A DNA stretch of 50,926 nucleotides, taken from NCBI GenBank assembly GCA_038207085.1, contig JBBRAE010000021.1, forward strand, positions 1-50,926, written 5' to 3'. How positions within the stretch are numbered: position 1 is the stretch's first letter; the number at the start of each line of letters is the position of its first letter. The notes beneath the pieces were generated by a model. It saw only the letters and a program-made list of their open reading frames with translations. It searched no databases and was not told the DNA's origin. This DNA comes from Armatimonadota bacterium (GTDB lineage Bacteria > Armatimonadota > UBA5829 > DTLH01). Positions 40,144 through 50,521 of the stretch are shown here, piece by piece. A program made the translations under genes and the position numbers.

Positions 40144-40788
40144 ATGGAGAAATCATTGACAGAGTTTATCATCAGACCAGGGCAGACAGTGCTCTTCCAG
40201 GGAGACAGCATCACCGACGGCGGACGTGGCAATGATCCCGAGTTCGATATGGGCTTTGGCTACCCAAAGTATATTTCCTCGTGGCTGTCTGCCAAATATT
40301 CCGAACACAATATCAATTTCGTCAACCGGGGTATCAGCGGCAACAGAATCTGCGACCTGGAATCCAGATGGAACACGGACTGCATAGATATCAAGCCCGA
40401 CCTCGTATCGATTCTGATCGGCATCAACGACACCTGGCGGCGGTTCGACAGCAACTCGCCCTCTGATATCCCGGAGTTTGAGGCATGCTACAGGCGACTT
40501 CTGTACCAGGTAAAGTCAGAAACTGGCGCGACTATCATCATAATTGAGCCGTTCGTCCTGCCGTCCCCTGCAGACCGCGTGGAGTGGAGAATCGATCTCG
40601 ACCCGAGGATACAGGCCACGAGGCGAGTGGCAGCCGACTACGGCGCGATCTATATTCCGCTCGACGGCATCCTTGCAGCCGCATGTGCCAGACGCGAGCC
40701 CGCATTCTGGGCACAAGACGGTGTCCACCCGACACCTGCCGGGCATGCGCTGATCGCTCAGGAGTGGATCAGAGCTGTCGGTGGTTAG
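40144..40788 (+). CDS. SGNH/GDSL hydrolase
   Basis: FQGDSITD, NRGISG, IGIND, DGVHP. Confidence 0.93.
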   Translation: MEKSLTEFIIRPGQTVLFQGDSITDGGRGNDPEFDMGFGYPKYISSWLSAKYSEHNINFVNRGISGNRICDLESRWNTDCIDIKPDLVSILIGINDTWRRFDSNSPSDIPEFEACYRRLLYQVKSETGATIIIIEPFVLPSPADRVEWRIDLDPRIQATRRVAADYGAIYIPLDGILAAACARREPAFWAQDGVHPTPAGHALIAQEWIRAVGG

Positions 40789-40797
40789 ACCAAGCGT

Positions 40798-40826
40798 TTG
40801 AATAGGCTTCCACCAAGTGCTATAAT
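40798..40826 (+). promoter_or_regulatory. recQ promoter
   Basis: TTGAAT-17-TATAAT with TGn. Confidence 0.65.
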
Positions 40827-40894
40827 TGTTCCAGATACGACGGCCTCACCGATATCGGTGGGGCTGTCGGTGTTTTAGAGGCGATAACGAAGTT

Positions 40895-42766
40895 ATGCAG
40901 ATGAGCACAAATGGGTCAAGATCGGAAATCGACGAAACCGTTGCGAGAACACTTGCGCGAGAGGTGCTTCTGCGCGTCTTCGGCTACACCGAGTTTCGCG
41001 GCGATCAGGAAGAGATAATCACCCACGTCGCAACAGGCGGCGACGCGTTCGTCCTGATGCCGACAGGCGGCGGCAAATCGCTATGTTTTCAGATCCCCGC
41101 GCTCATTCGAGAAGGGGTCGGACTTGTCGTTTCTCCCTTGATCGCCCTTATGCAGGATCAAGTCACGGCGCTTCTTGAGGCAGGGGTCAGCGCGGCGATG
41201 CTGAACTCATCCCTTACGCCGGAGGAACAGTGGGACGTCATCAGACGGGCAAAGAACGGACAGCTCGACTTGCTCTACGTCGCCCCGGAGCGGCTGGTGA
41301 TGGAGTCGACGCTTCGAATGCTCTCGGAAATACCCGTCGCGCTATTTGCAATCGACGAAGCCCACTGCGTCAGCCACTGGGGACACGATTTCAGGAAAGA
41401 ATACCTCGCGCTTTCGATCCTGCACGAGAGGTTTCCAGACATCCCCCGCATCGCTCTTACCGCGACCGCCGACGAACCTACTCGCAAGGAGATCGCCGAG
41501 CGTCTGAACCTCGGGGATGCCCGAATATTCGCCGGAGGGTTCGACCGGCCCAATATTCGCTACCAGATCGTCATCAAAGACAACCCTAAAAAGCAGCTTC
41601 TGCAGTTCATAGCCGAGGAGCACCCAAACGACGCGGGGATCGTCTACTGCCTGTCGCGCAAGAAGACCACCGAAGTCGCGAAGTGGCTCACCGATGCCGG
41701 CAAAACTGCCCTCCCCTACCACGCGGGGATGACCCCCAAGGCTCGCCAGAAAAACCAGGAACGATTTTTGCGTGAGGACGGAGTGATAGTCGTCGCCACG
41801 ATCGCATTTGGTATGGGGATCGACAAGCCCGACGTGCGTTTCGTCGCCCACCTCGACCTGCCTAAGAGCGTTGAGGCGTATTATCAGGAAACGGGACGCG
41901 CGGGACGTGACGGGCTCCCGGCAGACGCCTGGATGGCTTACGGGATGGCCGACGCAGTGCTTCACAGGAGCCTGATCGAGGGGTCGTTTGCAAACGCCCA
42001 GCACAAGATGCTGGAACACCGCAAGCTAAATGCGCTTTTGGGGCTCTGTGAGACGACCTCATGCCGCCGCCAAGTTATGCTCGCCTACTTCGACGACGTG
42101 CTCCCCGAACCGTGCGGAAACTGCGACAACTGCCTCTTCCCTACTGAGACGTTCGACGGCACAACCGCTGCCAAGAAGGCGATATATCTGGTCAAGCAGA
42201 CCGGTCAGCGCTTCGGCTCGACCTATCTCGTCGACGTCATGCTCGGCAAGACAAATGAGAGAATACAAAAGTTCGGACACGACCAACTCTCCGCCTACGG
42301 ACGCGGCAAGGAGCTATCCGAGAAGGAATGGTCGTCGGTTTTCAGACAGCTTGTTTCGATGGGCCTGCTTTCGGTCGATATGGAAAACTACGGCAGCATC
42401 AAGCTCACCCCAGAGAGCATGAACGTGCTAAGCGGCGAGACTGAGATCAGACTTCGCAAGGACCACCTCTCAAAGGACAAGAAGAAATCCAAGTCGAAGC
42501 TAAACAGCGCAAGCAGCTTACAGAACTCTGAGACAAAGTCGCTATTTGAAGCCCTGCGGGCCAGGCGTCTTGAGCTCGCACAGGAGATGAGCGTGCCGCC
42601 ATACGTCATCTTCCACGACTCGACGCTTCTCGCGATGTCCGAGGTGCGACCGAAGACCCTTGAGGAGATGAGCCACATATCAGGCGTCGGCGAGCGCAAA
42701 CTGGAGAAGTTTGGACAGATATTCCTCGACGCAATCGCCAACTCAGATGTTGAACAGATCAGTTAA
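40895..42766 (+). CDS. recQ: DNA helicase RecQ
   Basis: [22 protein letters not shown], Zn motif, RQC and HRDC domains. Confidence 0.97.
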   Translation: MQMSTNGSRSEIDETVARTLAREVLLRVFGYTEFRGDQEEIITHVATGGDAFVLMPTGGGKSLCFQIPALIREGVGLVVSPLIALMQDQVTALLEAGVSAAMLNSSLTPEEQWDVIRRAKNGQLDLLYVAPERLVMESTLRMLSEIPVALFAIDEAHCVSHWGHDFRKEYLALSILHERFPDIPRIALTATADEPTRKEIAERLNLGDARIFAGGFDRPNIRYQIVIKDNPKKQLLQFIAEEHPNDAGIVYCLSRKKTTEVAKWLTDAGKTALPYHAGMTPKARQKNQERFLREDGVIVVATIAFGMGIDKPDVRFVAHLDLPKSVEAYYQETGRAGRDGLPADAWMAYGMADAVLHRSLIEGSFANAQHKMLEHRKLNALLGLCETTSCRRQVMLAYFDDVLPEPCGNCDNCLFPTETFDGTTAAKKAIYLVKQTGQRFGSTYLVDVMLGKTNERIQKFGHDQLSAYGRGKELSEKEWSSVFRQLVSMGLLSVDMENYGSIKLTPESMNVLSGETEIRLRKDHLSKDKKKSKSKLNSASSLQNSETKSLFEALRARRLELAQEMSVPPYVIFHDSTLLAMSEVRPKTLEEMSHISGVGERKLEKFGQIFLDAIANSDVEQIS

Positions 42767-42797
42767 TGGGCGGTTCTGTTAAAACCGCCCACAATCG

Positions 42798-43331
42798 CTA
42801 CACGTGCGCCTTCTCCCGCTCCCTGCGCGGAAGCTTGCTTGATGGTTCCTGTTCTTCGCCCTGTTTTGCCCTTTCCGGCATCTGACCGACCCCGTGGACA
42901 TAGGCCATCTCACCGCCTAGCCAACCGGTGTAACCGAGCGTAAGCACTCCGACGAGCGAAAGGAACTTGGGGAGGAACCCCGTAGGCCTGCCCTGTGCGC
43001 GGCGGGAGCTTCGAATAGCCGCGTTGATGCCGTAGAGCGCGGTTCCGGCGGCGTTTAGCGCGCCGTGGGTGAGCGCAATGTTCTCCTCCTGGCTGTCTTT
43101 CCTGGTGCGGGTGAACTCGGCGATCCCCGTTGCTGCAGATAGCCCCGCGCCGAAAAGCCCGACGGTTACTGCCCGGTCGGCAGCCTCCTGCGCACATTCG
43201 CTCTTGGTCACGGATGCAAGCCCGTCCATCACAAGGCTGAATATCCACACACCTATCGGCACAGCGACAAATGCGGGGTGTAGCGGATGGTTCAGCCAGT
43301 CTTCACCTTTGAGAACCTGTTTCGTGTCCAT
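42798..43331 (-). CDS. DUF2231 membrane protein
   Basis: HPLHPAFVAVPIG, HGALN, GWLGGEMAYVHGVG. Confidence 0.85.
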   Translation of the reverse strand: MDTKQVLKGEDWLNHPLHPAFVAVPIGVWIFSLVMDGLASVTKSECAQEAADRAVTVGLFGAGLSAATGIAEFTRTRKDSQEENIALTHGALNAAGTALYGINAAIRSSRRAQGRPTGFLPKFLSLVGVLTLGYTGWLGGEMAYVHGVGQMPERAKQGEEQEPSSKLPRREREKAHV

Positions 43332-43515
43332 TGCATTCTCCTCCGAAAGATCATATTCCCGGCAAGTTCGTATGCCATAGTCTACCCCGGATAGCGTGCT
43401 GGAAACGTCCGCACTGTCGAGGTTTCTGTTTGAGGGAAGCGGGGTAATTGCTTGTGAGGAGCAGGCAGGCGGCCTGTCCAAAACCACACCAAGATATATC
43501 ATAGGGCCAATTACG

Positions 43516-44187
43516 ATGAAGCATCGCATGCAAACTATGTTAATGATTCTAGTAGCAACTTATACACTATCGGTGAAAGTATACGGTGAAGTCGGCACGA
43601 TTCCGAGCAAGATCGCGATCGATGGACACCCCATTCATCCGATGTTCATCGTCTTCCCGCTCGGACTGTTTGTCGCCACACTGCTGTTCGACGCAATCGG
43701 ACTATGGAAGAAAGACGCGTTCTGGAGCAGGGCCGCTTACTGCACGCTTGTAGTGGGATTCATCGGAGGAGTTGTCGCAGCGGTGTTCGGACTAGCCGAA
43801 TATCTTATCACGATCCCCGATGGCAATCCCGTTGACGCCGACGCCGAGCTTCACGGCATACTGAATGCTGTCGCTATGGCTTTCTTTGCTGTGAACCTGT
43901 GGCTTCGGTGGCGAGTCAAGCCGGACTACCAGAAGGCGGCCAGAGTTGGAACATTTCTATCTGCCGTTGGGGTTGTTATAATGCTCGCTGGGGCGGCAAT
44001 CGGCGGTGAGATGGTCTTTCGGGACGGTGTTGGAGTAAATCTCGAAGATGAAGATTCCCGAGCGCCGGTGTCTCCGCTCGCTCAGGACTCATATATCGCA
44101 TCAGCTCATTGGGGGAATCCAGTCGCCGTGAGCCTCAAACATGTCATCGACGAGACTCCAAATCTGATCCAGCGTGAGCTCGGCTGA
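43516..44187 (+). CDS. DUF2231 membrane protein (start uncertain)
   Basis: GHPIHPMFIVFPLG, HGILN, GGEMVFRDGVGV. Confidence 0.75.
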   Translation: MKHRMQTMLMILVATYTLSVKVYGEVGTIPSKIAIDGHPIHPMFIVFPLGLFVATLLFDAIGLWKKDAFWSRAAYCTLVVGFIGGVVAAVFGLAEYLITIPDGNPVDADAELHGILNAVAMAFFAVNLWLRWRVKPDYQKAARVGTFLSAVGVVIMLAGAAIGGEMVFRDGVGVNLEDEDSRAPVSPLAQDSYIASAHWGNPVAVSLKHVIDETPNLIQRELG

Positions 44188-45402
44188 TGTATGTGGGTCC
44201 ATCATAGCAGCGTGGTAGACGTGCTCGCGCTTGCCTGTGAGCGCCGCCTCCTGCGTAAGCTCCTGAACATTCACCTGAGTGCGAACGATCGCCGCAACCT
44301 GGGGAGGAAGGTCCCCTACGACACAGGGCTGGACGCCGTTTCGGTCAACCATGCACGGAACCTCCACACACGACTTGTCGGGCAGGTTGGTGATCATCCC
44401 ACGGTTCAAGACATTGCCGTAGATCACGCACGGCTCGCCGGTTTCCATCGAATGGATGATGTTTGAGCCGTACTCGACGCTTCGCTTGACCTCGATCTTC
44501 TCGTCTTCTGTGAGCATCGTGTCGCGCCTATGTTCCCACTCCTTGGTGATATCGATGCAGCGGCGAATATATTCATCAAGCGACACCGCGAACTTTCTGA
44601 TCAGGCTTTTTTTGTCTCTTCTGATGAAATACGGCACGTATTCAGCCGTATGCTCGCTCGACTCGCCGCCGTAGTAGCCGAGCCTCTTAAAAAGCTCCGT
44701 ACGGACCCGATCCTGCCGCACGAGCTTGCCGCCCTTCTCCACCTTCTCGCGGAGCAAGGGATACATATCTTCGCCGTTGTGTTCGAGCTTGAGAAAGAAC
44801 GCCATGTGGTTCACACCGGCGGCGACAAACGCAAGCTCATCTTTCGGGATTCCCAAAATGTATGCAAGCCAATCGTGCGACCCCTGAATCCCGTGGCAGA
44901 GCCCGACGGCTTTGACCTTGGTGCCCTTCAGGACCGCGCCGGTGTTGATGGTCATCGGGTTGGTATAGTTGAGAAGCATCGCGTTCGGACAAAGCTCCTC
45001 CATGTCACGGCACATCCCAAGCATCACGGGTATGGTCCGAAGCCCTCGGAATATGCCACCGATCCCAAGCGTGTCGGCGATTGTCTGGCGCAAGCCGTAT
45101 TTCTTCGGCACCTCGAAGTCGGTCACCGTGCACGGCTCATACCCGCCGACCTGGATCATATTGATAACATAGTCAGCCCCGTCAAGCGCCTCTTTGCGAT
45201 CCAAATGCGCGGTAATCTTCGGTTTCACGCCAACAGCGTCTGCCACTTTTCGAACCATCGCCTCGGATATCTTCAGTCGCTCAGGGTCTATGTCCATAAG
45301 CGCGATTTCCGAGTTCGCAAGCTCAGGAAAAGAAAGAATATCTCCGCTCAGGTTCTTTGCAAATACGACGCTGCCTGCGCCAACCATTGTAATCTTCGCC
45401 AA
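44101..45402 (-). CDS. melA: GH4 alpha-galactosidase/alpha-glucosidase
   Basis: VGAGSVVF, LNYTNPM, GLCHG, ESSEH. Confidence 0.9.
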   Translation of the reverse strand: MAKITMVGAGSVVFAKNLSGDILSFPELANSEIALMDIDPERLKISEAMVRKVADAVGVKPKITAHLDRKEALDGADYVINMIQVGGYEPCTVTDFEVPKKYGLRQTIADTLGIGGIFRGLRTIPVMLGMCRDMEELCPNAMLLNYTNPMTINTGAVLKGTKVKAVGLCHGIQGSHDWLAYILGIPKDELAFVAAGVNHMAFFLKLEHNGEDMYPLLREKVEKGGKLVRQDRVRTELFKRLGYYGGESSEHTAEYVPYFIRRDKKSLIRKFAVSLDEYIRRCIDITKEWEHRRDTMLTEDEKIEVKRSVEYGSNIIHSMETGEPCVIYGNVLNRGMITNLPDKSCVEVPCMVDRNGVQPCVVGDLPPQVAAIVRTQVNVQELTQEAALTGKREHVYHAAMMDPHTSAELTLDQIWSLVDDMFEAHGDWIPPMS

Positions 45403-45467
45403 CTTACTTCCTCCTAAAAGAGAGGCAACAGGAATCTTGCTACTGTTGCCTCTCCCACTGTTTCTTC

Positions 45468-46964
45468 TTACTTAACGCGCTCCCAGATCGGCTGGACGCG
45501 GGCCTTGCCATCTGCTCCGAGGACAACGGGAGTGATCCCCGCGATCTCGCAGAAGTAGACGAGCGCCTGCAGCTTGTTTCCGGCGATTCCCTGAACGTGG
45601 TTTGCCGGGAATACCGAAAGGAACTCGTCAAACGAGCAGTCGAGCCTCGCGTGGACGTGCGGCCAGGTCGGGTTGGTCTGGGCGTTCAGCATCTTGCGCT
45701 GTTCGGCGGGCAGGTCGAGCGCCTGACCGTTCACAATGACCATAAAGGGCTTCTCATCCCAGAGGCCGAGCCTCGCAAATGTCATCTCACCAGGGGCCGC
45801 GTCGAACTCAACCGATGCCCCGCCCGCCTTGAAGTAGAAATCAAGCGCGGGGTGGAAGGTGATCTTCTCGAAGTTATACTTCGGGTCGAAGCTCTGCGCG
45901 GCATACCAGGAGCTGTGGTTCCCTGAGTTGCACCAGTCCCAAATGTCCAACTCTGGGTGATAAAGTCTAACATCCATAAACAGCGAGGGAAGTCCGCCGC
46001 TGATATATTTCATAGCCTGCATAGTAAGCGCGGCGTTGGCGTCAGCCTCGGTCGAGCATACGACGGGCTCTTTCGGGCCTCTCCAGTCGTAGGGGTCGTT
46101 CAGGATCATCTCAGGCACGTCGCCGAGGCAGACGTACTCAGTCAACTCCCGCTGGCCCTTCAGCCCACAGAGATCAAAACCCTTCTCTTTGTTGACCTTC
46201 TCCATCGCAAGATAGAGCCTGATCTGGGTCTTCAGGGTCTCGGGGGTGAGCATCTTGCCGTCCCAGAGGATCCTGCCCGGCATCATCGCTTCAAACCACT
46301 TGAGTCCCGCTTCGACTTCCTTCTCGTCGATCGACTTCATCTCTTCGACGAGCAGAAGCTGGTCGATCTGGCTGCAGGTGGTCCCAAGCGACTTGATCGT
46401 GGGTGTGAGGTGGAAATAGCCCGTCTCCATACCCATCGAGTGGCCGCCGTAGAGTCCGTAGACCTCGTTCTTCATCGTGGTGACGGCCTGGGAAGCTCGC
46501 AGCCAATCGACTACCTGCGTCTGAGTCGCGGGGTCGTCGATATTGCCGACGATGCGGTGGGTGCGGCGTCCGGCCTGCCGAAGCGCGCCGTCGCTTGCAA
46601 GAAGCCCGACGTTCCCGGGATACTCGCCGTTGTTATTCGATAGCGATAGAATAGGAGTGTCTGCCCCGAAGCTGTTTACGAGCGGCCACACGAAGAACGG
46701 GAAGTTCCAGACGTTATAGCACATTACGATCTGCTTGCAGTTCTTCTGCGCAAGTTCAGCGCCAATCTCCTGGGCGACTCGAACGCTCGTGACGATCTTC
46801 GATGCAACAACGACTTCAACCGAGCTGCCATCCTGGTTCTTCAGTCCGTTCTTGATGACCTCAGCCCAACGGTTGACCACGGCCTCGTTCGCCGGGTTGT
46901 TCTTTGACCAAACGTGTTCGCGCTCGTCGTTTAGCATAACGAGCCCGATAGCGGTGCTTCTCAT
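45468..46964 (-). CDS. L-fucose/D-arabinose isomerase family protein
   Basis: WNFP, GHSMGM, KGQRELT, STEADAN, CNSG, WPHVHA. Confidence 0.8.
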   Translation of the reverse strand: MRSTAIGLVMLNDEREHVWSKNNPANEAVVNRWAEVIKNGLKNQDGSSVEVVVASKIVTSVRVAQEIGAELAQKNCKQIVMCYNVWNFPFFVWPLVNSFGADTPILSLSNNNGEYPGNVGLLASDGALRQAGRRTHRIVGNIDDPATQTQVVDWLRASQAVTTMKNEVYGLYGGHSMGMETGYFHLTPTIKSLGTTCSQIDQLLLVEEMKSIDEKEVEAGLKWFEAMMPGRILWDGKMLTPETLKTQIRLYLAMEKVNKEKGFDLCGLKGQRELTEYVCLGDVPEMILNDPYDWRGPKEPVVCSTEADANAALTMQAMKYISGGLPSLFMDVRLYHPELDIWDWCNSGNHSSWYAAQSFDPKYNFEKITFHPALDFYFKAGGASVEFDAAPGEMTFARLGLWDEKPFMVIVNGQALDLPAEQRKMLNAQTNPTWPHVHARLDCSFDEFLSVFPANHVQGIAGNKLQALVYFCEIAGITPVVLGADGKARVQPIWERVK

Positions 46965-47088
46965 AAAAAACGCCTCCCTAAGTCAAGCAAAATAAGCTGT
47001 CGAGCATAGGTTATAACAAACTGGAACGAAATGCAAGAGAGAGAAAATACGTAACACAAAAGAGGCGATCTATTACCTATAATCTGGT

Positions 47089-47117
47089 TTGACAACACAG
47101 TGGCTTTCAGCTACCAT
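47089..47117 (+). promoter_or_regulatory. hisS-aspS promoter
   Basis: TTGACA-17-TACCAT. Confidence 0.65.
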
Positions 47118-47140
47118 ATTGGATAGGAGAATTTTGTAAT

Positions 47141-48409
47141 ATGGCCAAGTTTAGTGCGCCGCGGGGCACTCAGGACGTTCTTCCTGATGCGACCCCGCGG
47201 TGGCAGTATGTTGAGGGAAAATTAAGGGAAATCTGCAAACTCTTCGGGTTCAGGGAGATCAGGACTCCTACGTTTGAAGAGACTGAGCTTTTCACGCGTC
47301 ACACGGGTGAGACGACCGACATCGTCACCAAAGAGATGTACACCTTTACCGACCGCGGTGGACGCAGCATCACGCTTCGTCCTGAGGGCACGCCTCCGAC
47401 TATCCGCGCGACGCTCGAGCACAATCTGACCGCCGAGAACCCCGTGGCAAAGCTCTACTATATGGGCAGGATTTTTCGCTATGAGCGGCCTCAGGCGGGG
47501 CGGTATCGTGAGCACAATCAGTTCGGGTGTGAGATGGTGGGCTCGGCGGACCCGTCGGCTGACGCTGAAGTGATCTCCCTTGCCTGGACGGCGCTTCGTT
47601 CACTTGGCATTGAGGACGTTGAGCTGAAACTCAACTCGCTTGGCGGGCCTGAAGACCGACCGGCGTACCGTGAGGCTATCAGAAAGTTCGTGGAGCCGTT
47701 TCTCTCCGACCTTTGCTCGACCTGCAAGGAGCGCTATGACAAGAACCCGCTCAGGATGCTCGACTGCAAGGTGCCGGAGTGCAAGAAGCTTCTAGCTGAC
47801 GCGCCGGGGCCTGTCGAGTATTTGTGCGACGACTGCCGGACGCACTTTGAAACGCTTAAGGCCTATCTGGACGCGCTTGGCATCAAGTATGTGCTCGACC
47901 CAAGGCTTGTGCGCGGGCTCGACTACTACACACGGACGATTTTTGAGTTCCAGACCCCGCACCTCGGCGCGCAGAACACGGTCTGCGGCGGTGGGCGGTA
48001 TGACAATATGATCGAGGAGATGGGCGCCTCCCCTACCCCTTCGCTCGGGTTTGGAATGGGGATTGAGAGGCTCCTGCTCACGCTCGAAAAGCTCGGGATA
48101 ACGCTCCCTATAGAGAAAAAACCGCCCGTATTCATCGCGACTATGGGTCCGGCTGCCAAGGCCGCGGGGGTCAAGTTGCTCTCTGACCTGAGAAACGTCG
48201 GGATGGCCGCCGAGACCGACTTCATTGGCAAGAGCCTGAAGTCACAGATGAAGCTCGCCGACAAGCTCGGTGCAAGCTGCGTGCTGATCCTCGGTGACGA
48301 TGAGGTGGCACAGGGCGTAGTAACACTTAGAGACATGCTTTCTAAAGAGCAGCGGCAGATTCCGGTGAGCGACGTCGTCATGGCGCTCAAAAACTCAAGC
48401 TGCGATTGA
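47141..48409 (+). CDS. hisS: Histidine--tRNA ligase
   Basis: LRPEGT, FRYERPQAGRYRE, RGLDYY, GGGRYD. Confidence 0.97.
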   Translation: MAKFSAPRGTQDVLPDATPRWQYVEGKLREICKLFGFREIRTPTFEETELFTRHTGETTDIVTKEMYTFTDRGGRSITLRPEGTPPTIRATLEHNLTAENPVAKLYYMGRIFRYERPQAGRYREHNQFGCEMVGSADPSADAEVISLAWTALRSLGIEDVELKLNSLGGPEDRPAYREAIRKFVEPFLSDLCSTCKERYDKNPLRMLDCKVPECKKLLADAPGPVEYLCDDCRTHFETLKAYLDALGIKYVLDPRLVRGLDYYTRTIFEFQTPHLGAQNTVCGGGRYDNMIEEMGASPTPSLGFGMGIERLLLTLEKLGITLPIEKKPPVFIATMGPAAKAAGVKLLSDLRNVGMAAETDFIGKSLKSQMKLADKLGASCVLILGDDEVAQGVVTLRDMLSKEQRQIPVSDVVMALKNSSCD

Positions 48410-48418
48410 TAATACCCA

Positions 48419-48453
48419 GGCTGGCAGCCATCGGCTGACAGCTGATAGCTATA
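48419..48453. repeat. Degenerate heptamer tandem repeat
   Basis: GGCTGGC AGCCATC GGCTGAC AGCTGAT AGCTATA. Confidence 0.65.
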
Positions 48454-48467
48454 AACAGGAGATTTGT

Positions 48468-50246
48468 ATGCTGCAGAGAACAAGGTGGTGTGGTGAGGTC
48501 ACGAGTGCGGACATCGGGACCGAGGTCAGGATCGACGGCTGGGTCCAGAGGATTCGCGATCACGGTGGGCTGATTTTTGTCGACCTCAGGGACAGGACCG
48601 GGGTCGTCCAGACCGTTATAGACCCGGTCGCCTCCCCGGAATCGTTCAAGATTACCGAAGGCGTGCGAAACGAGTTCGTGCTTGAGATCACCGGCACGGT
48701 CCGCAAGAGGCCTGAGGGGACAGAGAACACTAACCTCGCAACTGGACAGGTGGAGATCAACGTCGAGAATGTTGAGATTCTGAACGCCTCCAAGCCGCCG
48801 CCGTTCCCGATAAGCGACGGAGTCGATGTTGACGAGAATATCAGACTTAAGTATCGATATCTCGACCTGCGCCGCCCGGAGATGCAGCGAAGGCTGTTCC
48901 TGAGGCATAAGATTGTTAAACTTATGCGCGATTTCCTGGACAGCCAGGGATTCGTCGAGGTAGAGACACCTATTCTTATCAAGAGCACCCCTGAAGGCGC
49001 GCGCGACTACCTGGTGCCCGCGAGGCTTTACCCGGGGAGCTTCTACGCGCTTCCGCAGTCGCCTCAGCAGCTCAAACAGCTTTTGATGGTCGCTGGGTTC
49101 GAGAAATATTTCCAGATCGCACGCTGCTTCAGAGATGAGGACCCGCGCGCCGATCGCCAGCCGGAGTTCACCCAGCTCGATCTTGAGATGAGCTTCGTCA
49201 AGCAGGAGGACGTCTTCGAGCTGATGGACGACCTGCACGCGCAGATGATCGAAAAGCTTTCGGATAAAAAACTCAAGTTCCCCATGCCGTTCCCGAGGCT
49301 GAAATACGCAGACGTGATGGAACGCTTTGGGTCCGACAAGCCCGATCTTCGGTTTGGGATGGAGCTTTTCAGCCTCACCGATATCGCCGCGACGACGGAT
49401 TTTCAGGTGTTCAAGTCGACCGCCGAATCCGGTGGCCAGGTGAAGGGCATCGCCCTTCCGGGATGCGCCGGTTACAGCCGCAAAGAGGTCGACGAGCTTA
49501 CGGAGTATGCCAAGAAGTTCGGCGCGAAGGGCCTTGTCACGATTATGCTCGGTGAGGAAGGCGTGAAGAGTTCGATCGCCAAGTTCCTGACTGACGATCA
49601 GATGAAGGCGATCATCGAACGCGCCGGAGCGAAGACGGGCGACCTGCTCGCGATCGTCGCCGACAAGCCCGAGGTCGTCGCAAACGTCCTTGGCAGGATG
49701 CGCGCCGATATGGGCAAGAAGCTTGGGCTCGCTGACCCGAACGAAGTCGCGTTCGCCTGGGTGATCGACTTCCCGCTTGTTGAATGGAACGCAGGCGAAG
49801 GCCGCTGGGACGCGATGCACCATCCCTTCACCTCGCCGCACGAGGACGATCTGCAGTATATGGACACCGACCCAGGCAAAGTCCGGGCTTGGTGCTACGA
49901 CCTCGTCTGCAACGGCTTCGAGCTTGGTTCCGGGAGCATCAGGATTCACCGACGAGATATCCAGCAGAAGGTTTTCGAGCTTATGGCTTACACTGCTGAA
50001 GAGGCTCAGGCTCGGTTTGGGCATCTGCTGGAGGCGTTCGAGTATGGCGCGCCGCCACACGGCGGGTTTGCGACTGGAGTCGACAGAACGGTCACTATCC
50101 TGACCGACGACGACAGCATCCGCGAGGTCATGGCGTATCCCAAGACCTCGACCGGCATCGACCCGATGACCGCCGCACCGGCCCCAGTCGATCAGAAGCA
50201 ACTCGACGAGCTTCACATAGCGATCGTAGTAGACGAAGAAGAATAG
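48468..50246 (+). CDS. aspS: Aspartate--tRNA ligase (probably non-discriminating)
   Basis: RDHGG, TPEGARDY, ALPQSPQ, GAPPHGG. Confidence 0.97.
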   Translation: MLQRTRWCGEVTSADIGTEVRIDGWVQRIRDHGGLIFVDLRDRTGVVQTVIDPVASPESFKITEGVRNEFVLEITGTVRKRPEGTENTNLATGQVEINVENVEILNASKPPPFPISDGVDVDENIRLKYRYLDLRRPEMQRRLFLRHKIVKLMRDFLDSQGFVEVETPILIKSTPEGARDYLVPARLYPGSFYALPQSPQQLKQLLMVAGFEKYFQIARCFRDEDPRADRQPEFTQLDLEMSFVKQEDVFELMDDLHAQMIEKLSDKKLKFPMPFPRLKYADVMERFGSDKPDLRFGMELFSLTDIAATTDFQVFKSTAESGGQVKGIALPGCAGYSRKEVDELTEYAKKFGAKGLVTIMLGEEGVKSSIAKFLTDDQMKAIIERAGAKTGDLLAIVADKPEVVANVLGRMRADMGKKLGLADPNEVAFAWVIDFPLVEWNAGEGRWDAMHHPFTSPHEDDLQYMDTDPGKVRAWCYDLVCNGFELGSGSIRIHRRDIQQKVFELMAYTAEEAQARFGHLLEAFEYGAPPHGGFATGVDRTVTILTDDDSIREVMAYPKTSTGIDPMTAAPAPVDQKQLDELHIAIVVDEEE

Positions 50247-50521
50247 ACACTCCGGGGCACGGGTTATCCAGCCTGTGCCCCACCACTCTAAACTCTGTAA
50301 TCTCAGCTGAATGCAATTCTCGGCACTTCCAACGGGCTTTGTAACCCAGAGCTTGTGGTATAATCCATTTACACCAATCCGCTGAGGTTGCAATGGAACA
50401 ATTACCCGCGTGCCGTAGTCGAAAATAATGAATCGACAGCCGGTCATGTGGCTCGTAACGACACACGGCTGGGGTCAGGTGTAACGCACTTGCTCAATAC
50501 GTCGTGGGAGTTGGTAAGCCT

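Noticed and set aside
46965..47140. T-box leader for hisS (also checked upstream of proS)
   Set aside because: No GGTGGNACCGCG motif; the hisS promoter is only about 25 nt from the start codon.
48387..50447. Long antisense ORFs (686 aa here; also 15254-16546, 21927-23216, 26294-27337)
   Set aside because: Shadow frames opposite well-conserved genes in GC-rich DNA, with no motifs.
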